From: Macrostomum hystrix
Taxonomy: Eukaryota > Animalia > Platyhelminthes
Length of the DNA stretch: 64,000 nt
NCBI GenBank assembly: GCA_950097015.1
Contig: CATNEN010000003.1
Coordinates: 744,001 to 808,000, forward strand
Reading direction: 5' to 3'
Under the pieces are notes generated by a model. It saw only the letters and a program-made list of their open reading frames with translations. It made no database searches and was not told the origin of the DNA. Shown here one piece after another: positions 23,092-34,458 of this stretch (positions are counted from its first letter, which is position 1; each line of letters opens with the position of its first letter). The translations under genes were made by a program, and so were the position numbers.

Positions 23092-24083
23092 AGTTAGACT
23101 AGGATGTCTCTCGTTAGACTAGGGTGTCTCTTGTTAGACTAGGGTGTCTCTTGTTAGACTAGGGTGTCTCTTGTTAAACTAGCATGTCTCTTGTTAGACT
23201 GGGATGTCTCCTGTTAGACTGGGATGTCTCCTGTTAGACAGAAGTGTCGCCTGTTAGACTAGGTTGTCTCTTGTTAGACTAGGGTGTCTCTTGTTAGACT
23301 GGGATGTCTCCTGTTAGACAGAAGTGTCGCCTGTTAGACTAGGTTGTCTCTTGTTAGACTAGGGTGTCTCTTGTTAGACTAGTTTATCTCTTGTTAGACT
23401 AGGGTGTCTCTTGTTAGACTAGGGTGTCTCTTGTTAGACTAGGGTGTCTCTTGTTACACTAGGGTGTCTCTTGTTAAACTAGGGTGTCTCCTGTTAGACA
23501 GAAGTGTCGCCTGTTAGACTAGGTTGTCTCTTGTTAGACTAGGGTGTCTCTTGTTAGACTAGGGTGTCTCTTGTTAGACTAGGGTGTCTCTTGTTAGAGT
23601 AGGGTGTCTCTTGTTAGACTAGGGTGTCTCTTGTTACACTAGGGTGTCTCTTGTTAAACTAGGGTGTCTCCTGTTAGACAGAAGTGTCGCCTGTTAGACT
23701 AGGGTGTCTCTTGTTAGACTAGGGTGTCTCTTGTTAGACTAGGGTGTCTCTTGTTAGACTAGGGTGTCTCTTGTTAGACTAGGGTGTCTCTTGTTAGAGT
23801 AGGGTGTCTCTTGTTAGACTAGGGTGTCTCTTGTTACACTAGGGTGTCTCTTGTTAAACTAGGGTGTCTCCTGTTAGACAGAAGTGTCGCCTGTTAGACT
23901 AGGGTGTCTCTTGTTAGACTAGGGTGTCTCTTGTTAGACTAGGGTGTCTCTTGTTAGACTAGGGTGTCTCTTGTTAGACTAGGGTGTCTCTTGTTAGACT
24001 AGGGTGTCTCTTGTTAGACTAGAGTGTCTCTTGTTAGACTGGGATGTCTCCTGTTAGACAGAAGTGTCTCCTGTTAGACTAGT
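23092..24083. repeat. 20-bp minisatellite (GTTAGACTAGGGTGTCTCTT), ~49 copies, with recurring variant blocks
   Basis: A variant block TTACACT..TTAAACT..GACAGAAGTGTCGCC recurs near 23451, 23631 and 23831. Confidence 0.97.
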
Positions 24084-24621
24084 TATGAATCGATTCGACG
24101 CTGTTTGCTCTGACTTCAAAGGTGCCACCTGTACGTGAACAAAACTTTATTTCCTTATACGTTTCATAAGTTATGAACTATATTTGGCGTCATAGCACCC
24201 ACTATACTCACTGGAACTTACACAAATAATAAAGCAGTTTGCCTACTATCCAATATTGTCTACTTGTCTGCTTTCATTGTTCCAATTCCATATCACTGTC
24301 AACTCTCTCAATATAGATAGACAGACGCAAAGTAAATTACGAGCCGTAGTTTAGACGAAAAGGTAGAATTTGGACAGTGTTGAATTGTCAGTGTGACAGT
24401 TTGCATCGTTTTTGGCTGAGACTGTGCACAATGTAACGCATGAGGCCAATGAGCATAACGCCAGAGAGAGATGCAGCAAGACCGTAATTTTAAGTTACAA
24501 GCCTATTTAAGGTGCCCAGATAGAATACTAAAAACAAGACACGACTTAGTCTGCCAGTTCGCAGTCACTAAATCTTTTAGAAGCAGAAAGGCAGAGCGTT
24601 AAGTAGCTACAAAGACCCGCC

Positions 24622-25471
24622 ATGGAAGTGTTCAAAGAAGCCTGGTATTCCATCGATCTACAGGCCAAAGGATCAATTAGCGCAGAGGATTTGGAGAAGT
24701 ACATGCGCAAGAACAACTACGAGGACGCTTTTGTCCAGGTGAGAAACCAACAATCCTGAAAGCATGTTAATAAAATCGGTCATTCGGTTTGTGAGCTATC
24801 GCGCAGTAGGCAGAGGGTATTTGAAATGCCCCTATAAGTGTTTCCTTGGGTGGAAAGATTTCAACAATCCAGGAATGCTCCCAAGAAAAGTGTCGCTTTT
24901 CATTTTAGAAATGGATGAAAATCTTTGACCAGGATAACTCTGGCACCATTGAAATCGAGGAATACTGCGACGTGCTGGGCCTGAACTATAAAGAAGTGTG
25001 AGTGCATGAACTTATTAACTGAGCATCTCTCCGAGTTCCGTAAGCGTAAACAATGAGTTTTGCGATATCCATAATTTCAGCATGGCCGAAACGCGAAGTC
25101 GAGCGATGGCGGCCAGTATGCCCGAAGGTGTGGAGTACATCGCCGGCGACATGCCAGACGAGCGTCAGATTGACATCGCCAGGCTGTGCGTTGAAGCTAC
25201 CGAACGGCACCAAAGCATGAAGGTCTGTGGATGTAATTGTACAGGGGGTTCAGTGGAATTAGAAGAATCGCACATTGCCACAAGCCTCTATGATTTACAG
25301 GAAGTTCCCAAGTGGGTAAAACTTGAAGCCGACAAGCAGTTCGACAGAGTGTGGCACATCCTGGTTGTTCGCGGCCAGTTCTGGTGCTATTTCGGTTTCG
25401 AGCCGGGCAATTCCTACGTGTTCAGGTACAAGAGAAACGTCTTCATCACCTGGAAGACACCTAGGAATTAA
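24622..25471 (+). CDS. Tegumental allergen-like (TAL) protein: two EF-hands + dynein light chain-like domain, 172 aa
   Basis: Phase-consistent exons 24622-24738, 24909-24997, 25081-25222, 25301-25471. EF loops DLQAKGSISAED and DQDNSGTIEIEE; DLC-like KLEADKQFDRVWHILVVRGQFWCY..FITWKTP. TATA-like TATTTAA near 24504. Confidence 0.9.
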
Positions 25472-26515
25472 GATGTTTGTTGTTTCATGTTGTTGAAACA
25501 TGCTGTTTCTAGCATGGATAATGGTTGAATTATCCATGTCTCAATCTTTACATTTTCGAAAAAATACATGAAATTACGAGTACAATAATGTCTAGGACGT
25601 CTAGAAAAAATACGGTACAAACTGCCATGTTTTCAAAACTAAAATGACCCATTAGACCCATGCTTAAATGCTTATTCTGCTTTGAGTTATTTAAATATAA
25701 ATACAGACAGTAAATAGATCATCTAGGCTCTCTGCATCTTTGAGCTAATTGAGAGCTGGTGAAAGAGAAGCCATTATATTGCTGAACAAAAGGCAATGGA
25801 CGCCATGGGAAAGAAAAAGAGATGTGTCTTTCCTACGCCCCTTTCAGTCTCTCATTAGTTTTTTTCTTAATAGTAATTTTATTAGCTTCTGGACAATGGA
25901 ATGCCTAATAACTTGCTTAATAATAGTTTAGCCCAGTGGGGTCAGATATCTGAAAATGAATGAGGCATGTCAAATTATGCTTATATTGTTTTCATGTCTG
26001 CTAGGAATGCGCAGGAAGGTCGCATTTATTGTTTGTTTGCCGCCGACTAATTTATTTGAAGATTTGAAAAACAGCGCTTTCACTCTGCATTGTCTCTGGT
26101 CACTGCATGGTCTCTGGTCACGACCAGCTGTCCAACGTGTCGCCACACAGGGGGGGCTAAAAACGTTGGCCCAAAAACAGAATGAGGTGGGTTTAAATAT
26201 AAAATATGAAAAAAATCGTTTATATTAGTATGTCAACATCAATTAATTGGCTATTTTGCTTTCTATAATCTCAGAATAGGTTCATACGTAGATAATTTGA
26301 AAGATACAAAAAACAAATGAATTTCTTTTCAATATAGAATTTGGTTTCTCAAAGTAACATCGTGCGCGAATTTAAATCACGTTCAAACAAGAGAAATAAA
26401 ATAACAATCGAATACAATCAGGTCAAAACAACGAGAACTCGACTAAATCAACAAGACTGCTGAATCCCACGCTTTTTTAGCATGAAGTTTGGATTGAATC
26501 GCACTGCGGCCATAA

Positions 26516-28155
26516 TCAGGCAAGCTTCTCATTGCTTCCGCCAGCTTGAAGCAGAGCTCGAGCTCTGGCACGCAGATCGTTCCGCTTGGCAAACACTAGA
26601 CTGCGCGATTCAATTAGTTCTGCCATCAATTTCAATAGCAAGCTGAAGTGCTTCATGCGCCATTTGCTGCGCTGCCTGCAGAGTTTGGTTTACAATTTAA
26701 ATAGTGGTTGGTGTTCTTACTACTGAAAGTAGTTCAATACGCTCTCACTGTAGAGCTTTAAATACGCAGATTTAATTTATAGCTCAGTTAAAGCATTAAA
26801 AGTGACCAGAAATGGCAGTTATACTCTTTTATGTAATCAACATGCTTTGTTTTTAAAGTACAATAACTAATAACTATGCCATGCTAATCTAATAAAGGTT
26901 ATTTAGAAATAAATCTGAGACTAGCTCAGATTTTAATTACTGGGGCTTATGACAAAGATTTCATTTATGCTTCTAATTAGGGTATATACGACCTAACAAT
27001 TAAATTATCAGTTAAAAACAAAAATGTATACAAATTAAATTCAAAAGCTTTTGAGTGTGATGAAAATTCTAAAGCAACACATCAGATAGCATTTTTTTAA
27101 AGAAAACTAACACAATGAAAATAACATAGAAGCTATTTAAATTTGGAGTATTAGAAGCATTTTAGCAAAGCAAAGTAGTGCAGCTCCTAAAAAGTAGAGT
27201 AAGGTGTAGGAAAAGCTAAATAAAAACAAATAGTTATGTGTAATAATATTCAGCATAGGATATTACTAATTACTTAACAATTTATTTTAAAAAGTTTGAC
27301 AACAGTACTTAAGCTTGTAAATAGAAAAACCACATCAAAACTAATAAAATTGTGTACTGTGACATTTTGAATTTTAATTGATTCAGGGGTATGAAATGAG
27401 TAGCATATTTGAATTTTAAAAAGAAGTTAGACTTTAACTATATGAAATAGTGGTTATATAGCAAAGCTAGTAACAATTATTTTATATTCTATATAAGTTG
27501 AGAATACAGGCAAGTTAATTTTTAATTGAGTTATATTTTATAGACAATTTTTTATAAAAACAAGCAGACCAAAAAATAATTAATATTAAGCTTAACCCCA
27601 CAAATGATGTTAATACACTTTTGAATACAGGTACAATTTATGAAAACAAATCAGCAAGCTATAAAAGCACATTTGCTTATAAAGTATCTAAAATTTATTA
27701 TGTCAATCAAATATATTCAAAAGTTTAACCATCCATTTGAAAAAAAGACGGCAACAAAAGACAATAATGATTTAGTTTGTAACAAAATACTTACATAAAC
27801 TGCTCTGATGCCTTCTGATAAGTCTGCATCAGGTTATAGTGAAGGCTCTTAGCAAGCCTGCTTCTCTTTTGTAAAGTCTGAAATGAGAAGAGAAATGAGT
27901 CTGAATCTAGCAATTTTGTGTATGAACTAGTCTTTGTAATCTGACTTAATAATGTCACAACTACATCTATTTACCGACTAAGTAAAATTAGAAAGGATAT
28001 TATTATTTATAATAGCAAAAATGCTATTTATAATTTTTTAAATCGTCAGGATTAGCGTGTGTCTTGTGGTCGTTTTATTTTTTACTGTTGTTAAGAAGTT
28101 ATAAAACATACATGTTTATTACCTTTGCTAATTTCACTTTAAACGACGTCTTCAT
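26516..28155 (-). CDS. Small basic protein, 91 aa, three coding exons; possibly CENP-W/histone-fold-like
   Basis: Exons 28155-28123 (MKTSFKVKLAK, donor GTAAT), 27877-27795 (donor GTAAGT) and 26675-26516 have matching phases (0, 2) and give one stop-free product. The exons are GC-richer islands in AT-rich DNA. Confidence 0.6.
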
Positions 28156-29851
28156 CGTGTGTGCTGTTTTTTCCTGTCAGATTATTTATCTGTTAGTATA
28201 TTTGAAGCTTTGAAAGACGAATATAGTTGACAAAGTTCAAAGCCGACAAAGGTGACAATAGTTTTTCTAGCAGTAGAATTATTAAAGCCGCGTACACTTT
28301 AGGGACGATTTCAATTTCGCTACGAATAGGCAAAAGTTTTGAATCCTAGTTTTCGTAAGTAAAAGCACAAAAGAATAAAGTCCTTGCAAAATTAAGATGT
28401 TTTTTTAGTACTTAAAGCTGTTGTTTGACGTTTTGTTTATCAAATTTAAACTAAAAACAACTTTGAAAAAAAAGAATTTGTTATATACAATTAGTTTAAC
28501 ATTTTAAAAGCCGTTGCAAATTTCTTTACGGAGCTTTCGAAATGAGTAGACATAAAAAATCGAAAGTAATTTTTAAACTCTTTCTTAGTCTTTCAATTGC
28601 TTTAGAACAGTTATCAAGTATATACTGCATTTAAGAAATCCCTTTAAGTCAATTTTACCCTAATATAAACGTCCTGCTTTATATTTAATTAATTGTTGTT
28701 TTGGGTGATAAGAAAGTTTAGCAGTAATAATAGAGGATCGATGTCGTATATTTCTAATTCTGTCAGGAATTCCAAAATTTCATGCATCAAACTTAAATGT
28801 TGTTGAGGTCCGATTTCACTGCAAGCGATTTTTTAGATTCAAGAATTAAAAACAATTTGAGTGCGATTACTTCGCAGTAGACCAGTATACATAGACGTAT
28901 TACATCGTCATCTACTTGTCTAAGTTCATCGAGCCTTAGATCAGATGCTGTGCATTTTTTCACTTTGCTAATATTCTAGGAGGTTATAAAGCCTCGTGGT
29001 TCATAGAGTCGAGCTTCGGTCGATACTAATCGAGGATCTGGAGTTTGGATTTCTGCCATTTTAAATTGCTGATTGTCTAGCTCTCAAAGATAAATATGCT
29101 TTTCAACGTTGCAGAAGCGGTATTAAGTTCTTGTAGATCTACTCAGGTAATATAAATACATGTACTGTGCAAATTTTACGGGGATGAACTAGGCTTTTTA
29201 TTGCTGTATTATATTGAGTTTTTAGTCTTTTTTTCCACAGCAGTACTAGTACATATATTCCAGAAGTACTGCATACGATTTTCCAGGAAATTTTGCCAAC
29301 GGTTGTAGCAGAGTAGCAGTTTATTTACCGTGGCAACTGCATGTACAGTCTTATAGCATTGTCATGAACTAAGCTTTCTTGTACTGTATAAGCTGTACTC
29401 ATGATCGTATACAACAAAAGCGGTACAGCTATTTTCTAGGAAATTTCACCTAATATTGTACGTGGCAGAGAAATTGATTGTTCTATGCAGCACAATTGAA
29501 GTACATGTAGCAAAGTCGCGGTACTATCATTGTCTTATGAAAGGCCTATTAATTTCTTGGAAATTTCACCCTCTGCACCTTATTGAAGTTTTTGGCATCT
29601 TCTCTATCCCTTTTCTGCCATATACCCTACTGAAATTCTACCCCCGTCTCACAGTTCTAACAATAATGGGTATAAATGTTGACTTTATATCTAATCCATG
29701 AACATAATTTTTGCAAGCTAGCAACTATTGTCCAGGGCAGTATTTATAAATGTCACCCGTATACATCTGAGCGCCGCTCACAAGTCGCGCTAGACCAACC
29801 GTCTGAAAACCACGAGCTTACAGTATAGCCCTTGTCTTGGGTGCCAGTTAC

Positions 29852-29972
29852 TATAAACAGCTCGTTCTCTTGGAACAGAAATTCAAGATTGTGAAACTGG
29901 TGAGTTCGCATGATGAGCAATAAAAAAAGAAATATAGCTGAATATCAATAGTTAACTTCTTCATAATTTCAG
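29852..29972 (+). promoter_or_regulatory. TATA box and short 5'-UTR intron of the ankyrin gene
   Basis: TATAAA at 29852-29857; donor GTGAGT at 29900; acceptor TTTCAG ending at 29972, 14 nt before the ATG. Confidence 0.6.
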
Positions 29973-29986
29973 ATTGCGGCTGCAAT

Positions 29987-32293
29987 ATGGCTCAAGCAGT
30001 CCAGACTGAACAGTCAGCAAAGCAGCTTTACTCAAGTTTGAAGCAGGCCATCGAGTCTGGAAACGAGGCTGAATTAGACCGAGAGACACAGAGCATTTAT
30101 CAACGCTTTAGCGAAGGCAGCGAGTCGTCTGCAAGGGACGTTTTGTTTATCGCCGCTTGCGACACGCAGGGAGGACTGCCCGCTCTTCGCGCTCTGACGG
30201 ACTGCATCGGCATTGATGTCTTCTTGCTGAGAGATCGCAGCGGAGACTCCGTGGTACACATGGTCGCTGAGCACCAGAGCTCAGAGTCGATGGAGTTCAT
30301 AAAAGATGCGATGCACGAGACGCACTGCTTCAAGTCGCCAAACAGAGACAGAAGGGGCGGCACGGTGACTCATTGTGCGGCCAGAAACCGACACGGCAAC
30401 TCGACTCTGCAGTGGCTTATTACCGAGCTCGGACCCGGATGCCTCACCGACACAGACGCAGACGGAAACACGCCCATTCACTTGGCTGCTCGGCACCAGA
30501 CTGTACAGTCGATGCAGCTCATAAAGCAGTTGATGGACGGAGTGCAGTGCTTCAGCGTGAAAGGATTCAAAAACAGAACGGCGCTACATTTTGCTGCTCT
30601 CAACAGGGAGAACTTGTCGGTGTTCCTGTGGCTGGTGGAAGAAATGGAAGCAGGCTGCGTGACTGAGATAGACGCCGACCAGTACACTCCTATGCACATC
30701 GCTGCCGAGCGTCTGACAGCCGAAGCGATGCAGGCCATCAAGGCGAAGACAAATGACGCAGAGTGCTTCAAGGTGCGGGGTTGCAATCGAATGACTGCGG
30801 CTCACTCAGCTGCAATGAACGAAGTCGACAGTTCGTCGCTCCAGTGGCTGATAAACGAGCTCGGACATCATGTTCTGATGGACACTGACGGCGATGGGAA
30901 CACCGTTGCTCATCTCGCGGCCGCCTTCCAGACGGCTGAGTCCATGCGATTCATCATGAAGCAAAGAGGAAGCGTCGATTGCTTCTTGACCAAGGGGATC
31001 AATCGGTCGACAGTGGCGCACTGTGCCGCAATGAACAAGTTCAACAGCTCGGCGCTGCATTGGATTGTGGAGGAGCTAGGACCAGAATGCCTTGCAGTAA
31101 AAGATCTTCTTGGCAACTCGGTTGTCCACAATGCCGCTGGCTCCCATAGTGCCGACACAATGAAGCTAATAAAATTGAAGACTAAAGACAACCACTTTCG
31201 AGAGTTTGGGGAGAATAGAATGACGCCGGTTCATTGCGCAGCATTCAATACAGCCGATGCATCCGCTCTGATGTGGCTCGTAAAGGAGCTTGGACCGGAT
31301 TGCCTCCGCGACAGGGACGCTGACGGTGACACAGTCATTCACGTAGCTGCCTTCCACCAGTCGGCAGATTGTATGCAGCTGATCAAGGATGTCATGGGCG
31401 ATCTAAAAAGTTTCAAGCAGAAAGGCCGATATGGAATGACAGTGGTGCACTGTGCGGTTCAGAACAGGACAGGAGATTCCTCGTTCTGTTGGCTGGTTAG
31501 CGAGCTCGGACCTGATTCTCTGAAGACAAGAGACAACGAAGGTAACACGCCCATTCACGATGCTGCGGAGTTCCAGACGGAAGAAACGCTGGAGTTCATC
31601 AAGGAAAAGATGAACGGCTCGGACTTCTTCCGACACAAAGGTAGAGACGAAATGACTGCGGTACATTGCGCCGCAATGAATAAGAAAAACAGCGGACCGT
31701 TCAAGTGGTTGGTAACCGAACTCGGAACTGCCTGCCTGATGGATAGAACCTCTGATGGCAGCACGCCACTTCATTTTGCCGCAGAGATTCAGGACGTGGA
31801 TGTTCTGCAGTTTATTAAAGAGAGCACTAACGGTATCGACTGCTTCAAAACGAAAGGCCGGATGGGACGAACCGTAGTGCACTCGGCTGCTCAAACGCAG
31901 CGAGTCAGTCATTTGCCTCTGGCTTGGCTGGTCAACGAACTTGGTCCCGAGTGCCTCCTTTACGCTGACGAAAGAGGCGACACAGTGATCCACACCGCGG
32001 CAGAATTCCAAACCAAGGAAACGCTGCAACTGATCAAGGAGAAGCTTCCCTCGGTCGACTACTTCAGGCGGCTGAGGGGCCGGAACGGAATGAACGCCGT
32101 GCACACCGCCGCGTTGAACAAAGTAAACCGGCAGACTCTTCGTTGGCTCATCAAGGAGCTAGGACAGGACTGCGTCAAGGATGTAAACTATCTTGGAAAT
32201 ACAGTCCTTGACCTGTGCAGGCTGTTCGAAAAACAGTTCAAACTGAACCGACGTCGCAAGACAGTCTTTGTGAAACTGGAGGAATCGCTTTGA
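29987..32293 (+). CDS. Ankyrin-repeat protein, 768 aa, single coding exon, ~19 alternating A/B repeats
   Basis: Repeated G.TP.H.AA motifs (GNTPIHLAA, GSTPLHFAA, RMTPVHCAA) with a ~72-aa two-repeat period. Confidence 0.92.
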   Translation: MAQAVQTEQSAKQLYSSLKQAIESGNEAELDRETQSIYQRFSEGSESSARDVLFIAACDTQGGLPALRALTDCIGIDVFLLRDRSGDSVVHMVAEHQSSESMEFIKDAMHETHCFKSPNRDRRGGTVTHCAARNRHGNSTLQWLITELGPGCLTDTDADGNTPIHLAARHQTVQSMQLIKQLMDGVQCFSVKGFKNRTALHFAALNRENLSVFLWLVEEMEAGCVTEIDADQYTPMHIAAERLTAEAMQAIKAKTNDAECFKVRGCNRMTAAHSAAMNEVDSSSLQWLINELGHHVLMDTDGDGNTVAHLAAAFQTAESMRFIMKQRGSVDCFLTKGINRSTVAHCAAMNKFNSSALHWIVEELGPECLAVKDLLGNSVVHNAAGSHSADTMKLIKLKTKDNHFREFGENRMTPVHCAAFNTADASALMWLVKELGPDCLRDRDADGDTVIHVAAFHQSADCMQLIKDVMGDLKSFKQKGRYGMTVVHCAVQNRTGDSSFCWLVSELGPDSLKTRDNEGNTPIHDAAEFQTEETLEFIKEKMNGSDFFRHKGRDEMTAVHCAAMNKKNSGPFKWLVTELGTACLMDRTSDGSTPLHFAAEIQDVDVLQFIKESTNGIDCFKTKGRMGRTVVHSAAQTQRVSHLPLAWLVNELGPECLLYADERGDTVIHTAAEFQTKETLQLIKEKLPSVDYFRRLRGRNGMNAVHTAALNKVNRQTLRWLIKELGQDCVKDVNYLGNTVLDLCRLFEKQFKLNRRRKTVFVKLEESL

Positions 32294-32759
32294 AGTATCG
32301 AAGACTATAAGAATCGAAGTGAGCTGTCGTGAGAGTCAGCCAAATCCGACATACCTTAAATTAACCAATTTCATTCCTAGAACTCATACAGTATACAATA
32401 GCTTAAAGTTTTGAAAAATATTTTTCTGTAAAGTACAGAACACTAAGAGAATTACTATGAAACCACTTTTTGAAATACCAGAATGACCAGAAAACACCAT
32501 GAAATTATTGATTAGAACATGAGCAAGCATATATGCCACTACTTAATATTGTCACCGAACTATGTGTCGAAAAAACTTTTTTGCTTTCTATGTTTGTTAC
32601 TAGCTTTTTTGCTTCTCTTTTATTCTAAATTTAAATACAATTTTCAAAACCAAAAAAATATAATTTTTTAAAGCCTCATGGAAAGACACTTCACATTTAC
32701 GATAAAGGATCTTAAAAACTTTTTGAAAAGGCACTGCACCTCTCAGAATGTTGGTTCGA

Positions 32760-33456
32760 AGACACAGGACCTATCAGACCATTGTGGGTAGACAGTGGAT
32801 CTATCAGACCATTGTGGGTAGACACTGGACCTATCAGACCATTGTGGGTAGACACTGGACCTATCAGACCGTTGTGGGTAGACACTGGACCTATCAGACC
32901 ATTGTGGATAGAGACTGGACCTATCAGACCATTGTGGGTAGACACTGGACCTATCAGACCATTGTGAGTAGACACTGGACCTATCAGACCATTGTGGGTA
33001 GACACTGGACCTATCAGACCATTGTGAGTAGACACTGGACCTATCAGACCATTGTGAGTAGACACTGGACCTATCAGACCATTGTGGGTAGACACTGGAC
33101 CTATCAGACCATTGTGAGTAGACACTGGACCTATCAGACCATTGTGAGTAGACACTGGACCTATCAGACCATTGTGAGTAGACACTGGACCTATCAGACC
33201 ATTGTGAGTAGACACTGGACCTATCAGACCATTGTGGGTAGACACTGGACCTATGAGACCATTGTGGGTAGACACTGGACCAATCAGACCATTGTGGGTA
33301 GAGACTGGACCTATCAGACCATTGTGGATAGAGACTGGACCTATCAGACCATTGTGAGTAGACACTGGACCTATCAGACCATTGTGGGTAGACACTGGAC
33401 CTATCAGACCATTGTGAGTAGACACTGACCTATCAGACCATTGTGAGTAGACACTG
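32760..33456. repeat. 30-bp tandem repeat (GACACTGGACCTATCAGACCATTGTG(G/A)GTA), ~23 copies
   Basis: Direct inspection. Confidence 0.97.
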
Positions 33457-34458
33457 GGTTTCTCAGATCATTTGTTGTGAATACTGAACGGCAGAACTAA
33501 TTAGAAGTCTAAATGTGTAATAAATCAGCGAGACAATAACACAGGCGAGTAAACTTACTGCATAAAGCTTGAAGCGGAGTATTATCAGGCGTAACTATAA
33601 ATACAACAATAGGGAATCATTTATTAGAAACATTTTCAAAGCAAACTTTGGCGGCAGTCTCGATTGCAAAAGCTTCTTTAACTCAGACATTCGCAAATAA
33701 GAAGCAAAGAAAACAGCACTGGCACAATGCCACGAGTGAGTAACTAGGTTTTTTAATCGACTTGTTTTGGTTTGAAATTCAAGCAAAGAGTTAGTAAAAA
33801 TTAAATAATAAACAAGCTGTGGAACTCGCATTTGAGGAGACGGGTTGAAAAGTGGATAACTAACCAACAAAGAGATTATACTATGTATAAAAATAGTGTA
33901 AAAAGTAGAAATGAATAATAGATAGTACGAAAAAACTGATTCAATAACGATGTAATTGAATTCCGAATGCATAGCACAGTTGTACACAGTTAGAATGAGA
34001 AAGAATTTCAGCTGGTTGCAAATAGAATAACTATTTACATTATGAACTAGAATGCAAACGCTACTATTACTAGATTAGTAGTAATAACTAACAGCTGAGT
34101 AAAGGGTCTTTACAAAATAAATGAGATAAAAAATTATAAACTTAACTGCAAGACACTGACTAGTGCCATAGTAAATAGATTAACAAATAAAGATATTTTC
34201 ATATATACTAGAAGTATATAAATATAGTATTTGGCTTTCAATAAATATTGCACAAGGCATTGTAAAACATTGGTCAATAGTTGCCAAAAAATATAGATTT
34301 TTTAAATTAACATGCTTTGAAATTTGACTTTGAAGCGAGCTTTGAGCAAATGACTGTACAAGCTGGTATAAATAATAACTGTGCACTGCAGCGAATTGAA
34401 AGTGTGTGAAAAAAAGCTACACTTTGTCATCAATGAAACCCATTGTTTTCAGTTCAGG

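Noticed and set aside
23092-24083. This and other regular arrays as possible CRISPR arrays
   Set aside because: Head-to-tail units without unique spacers, no cas genes, and a eukaryotic context.
32712-33428. 237-aa and 226-aa repeat ORFs
   Set aside because: Stop-free 30-bp minisatellite with no gene signals.
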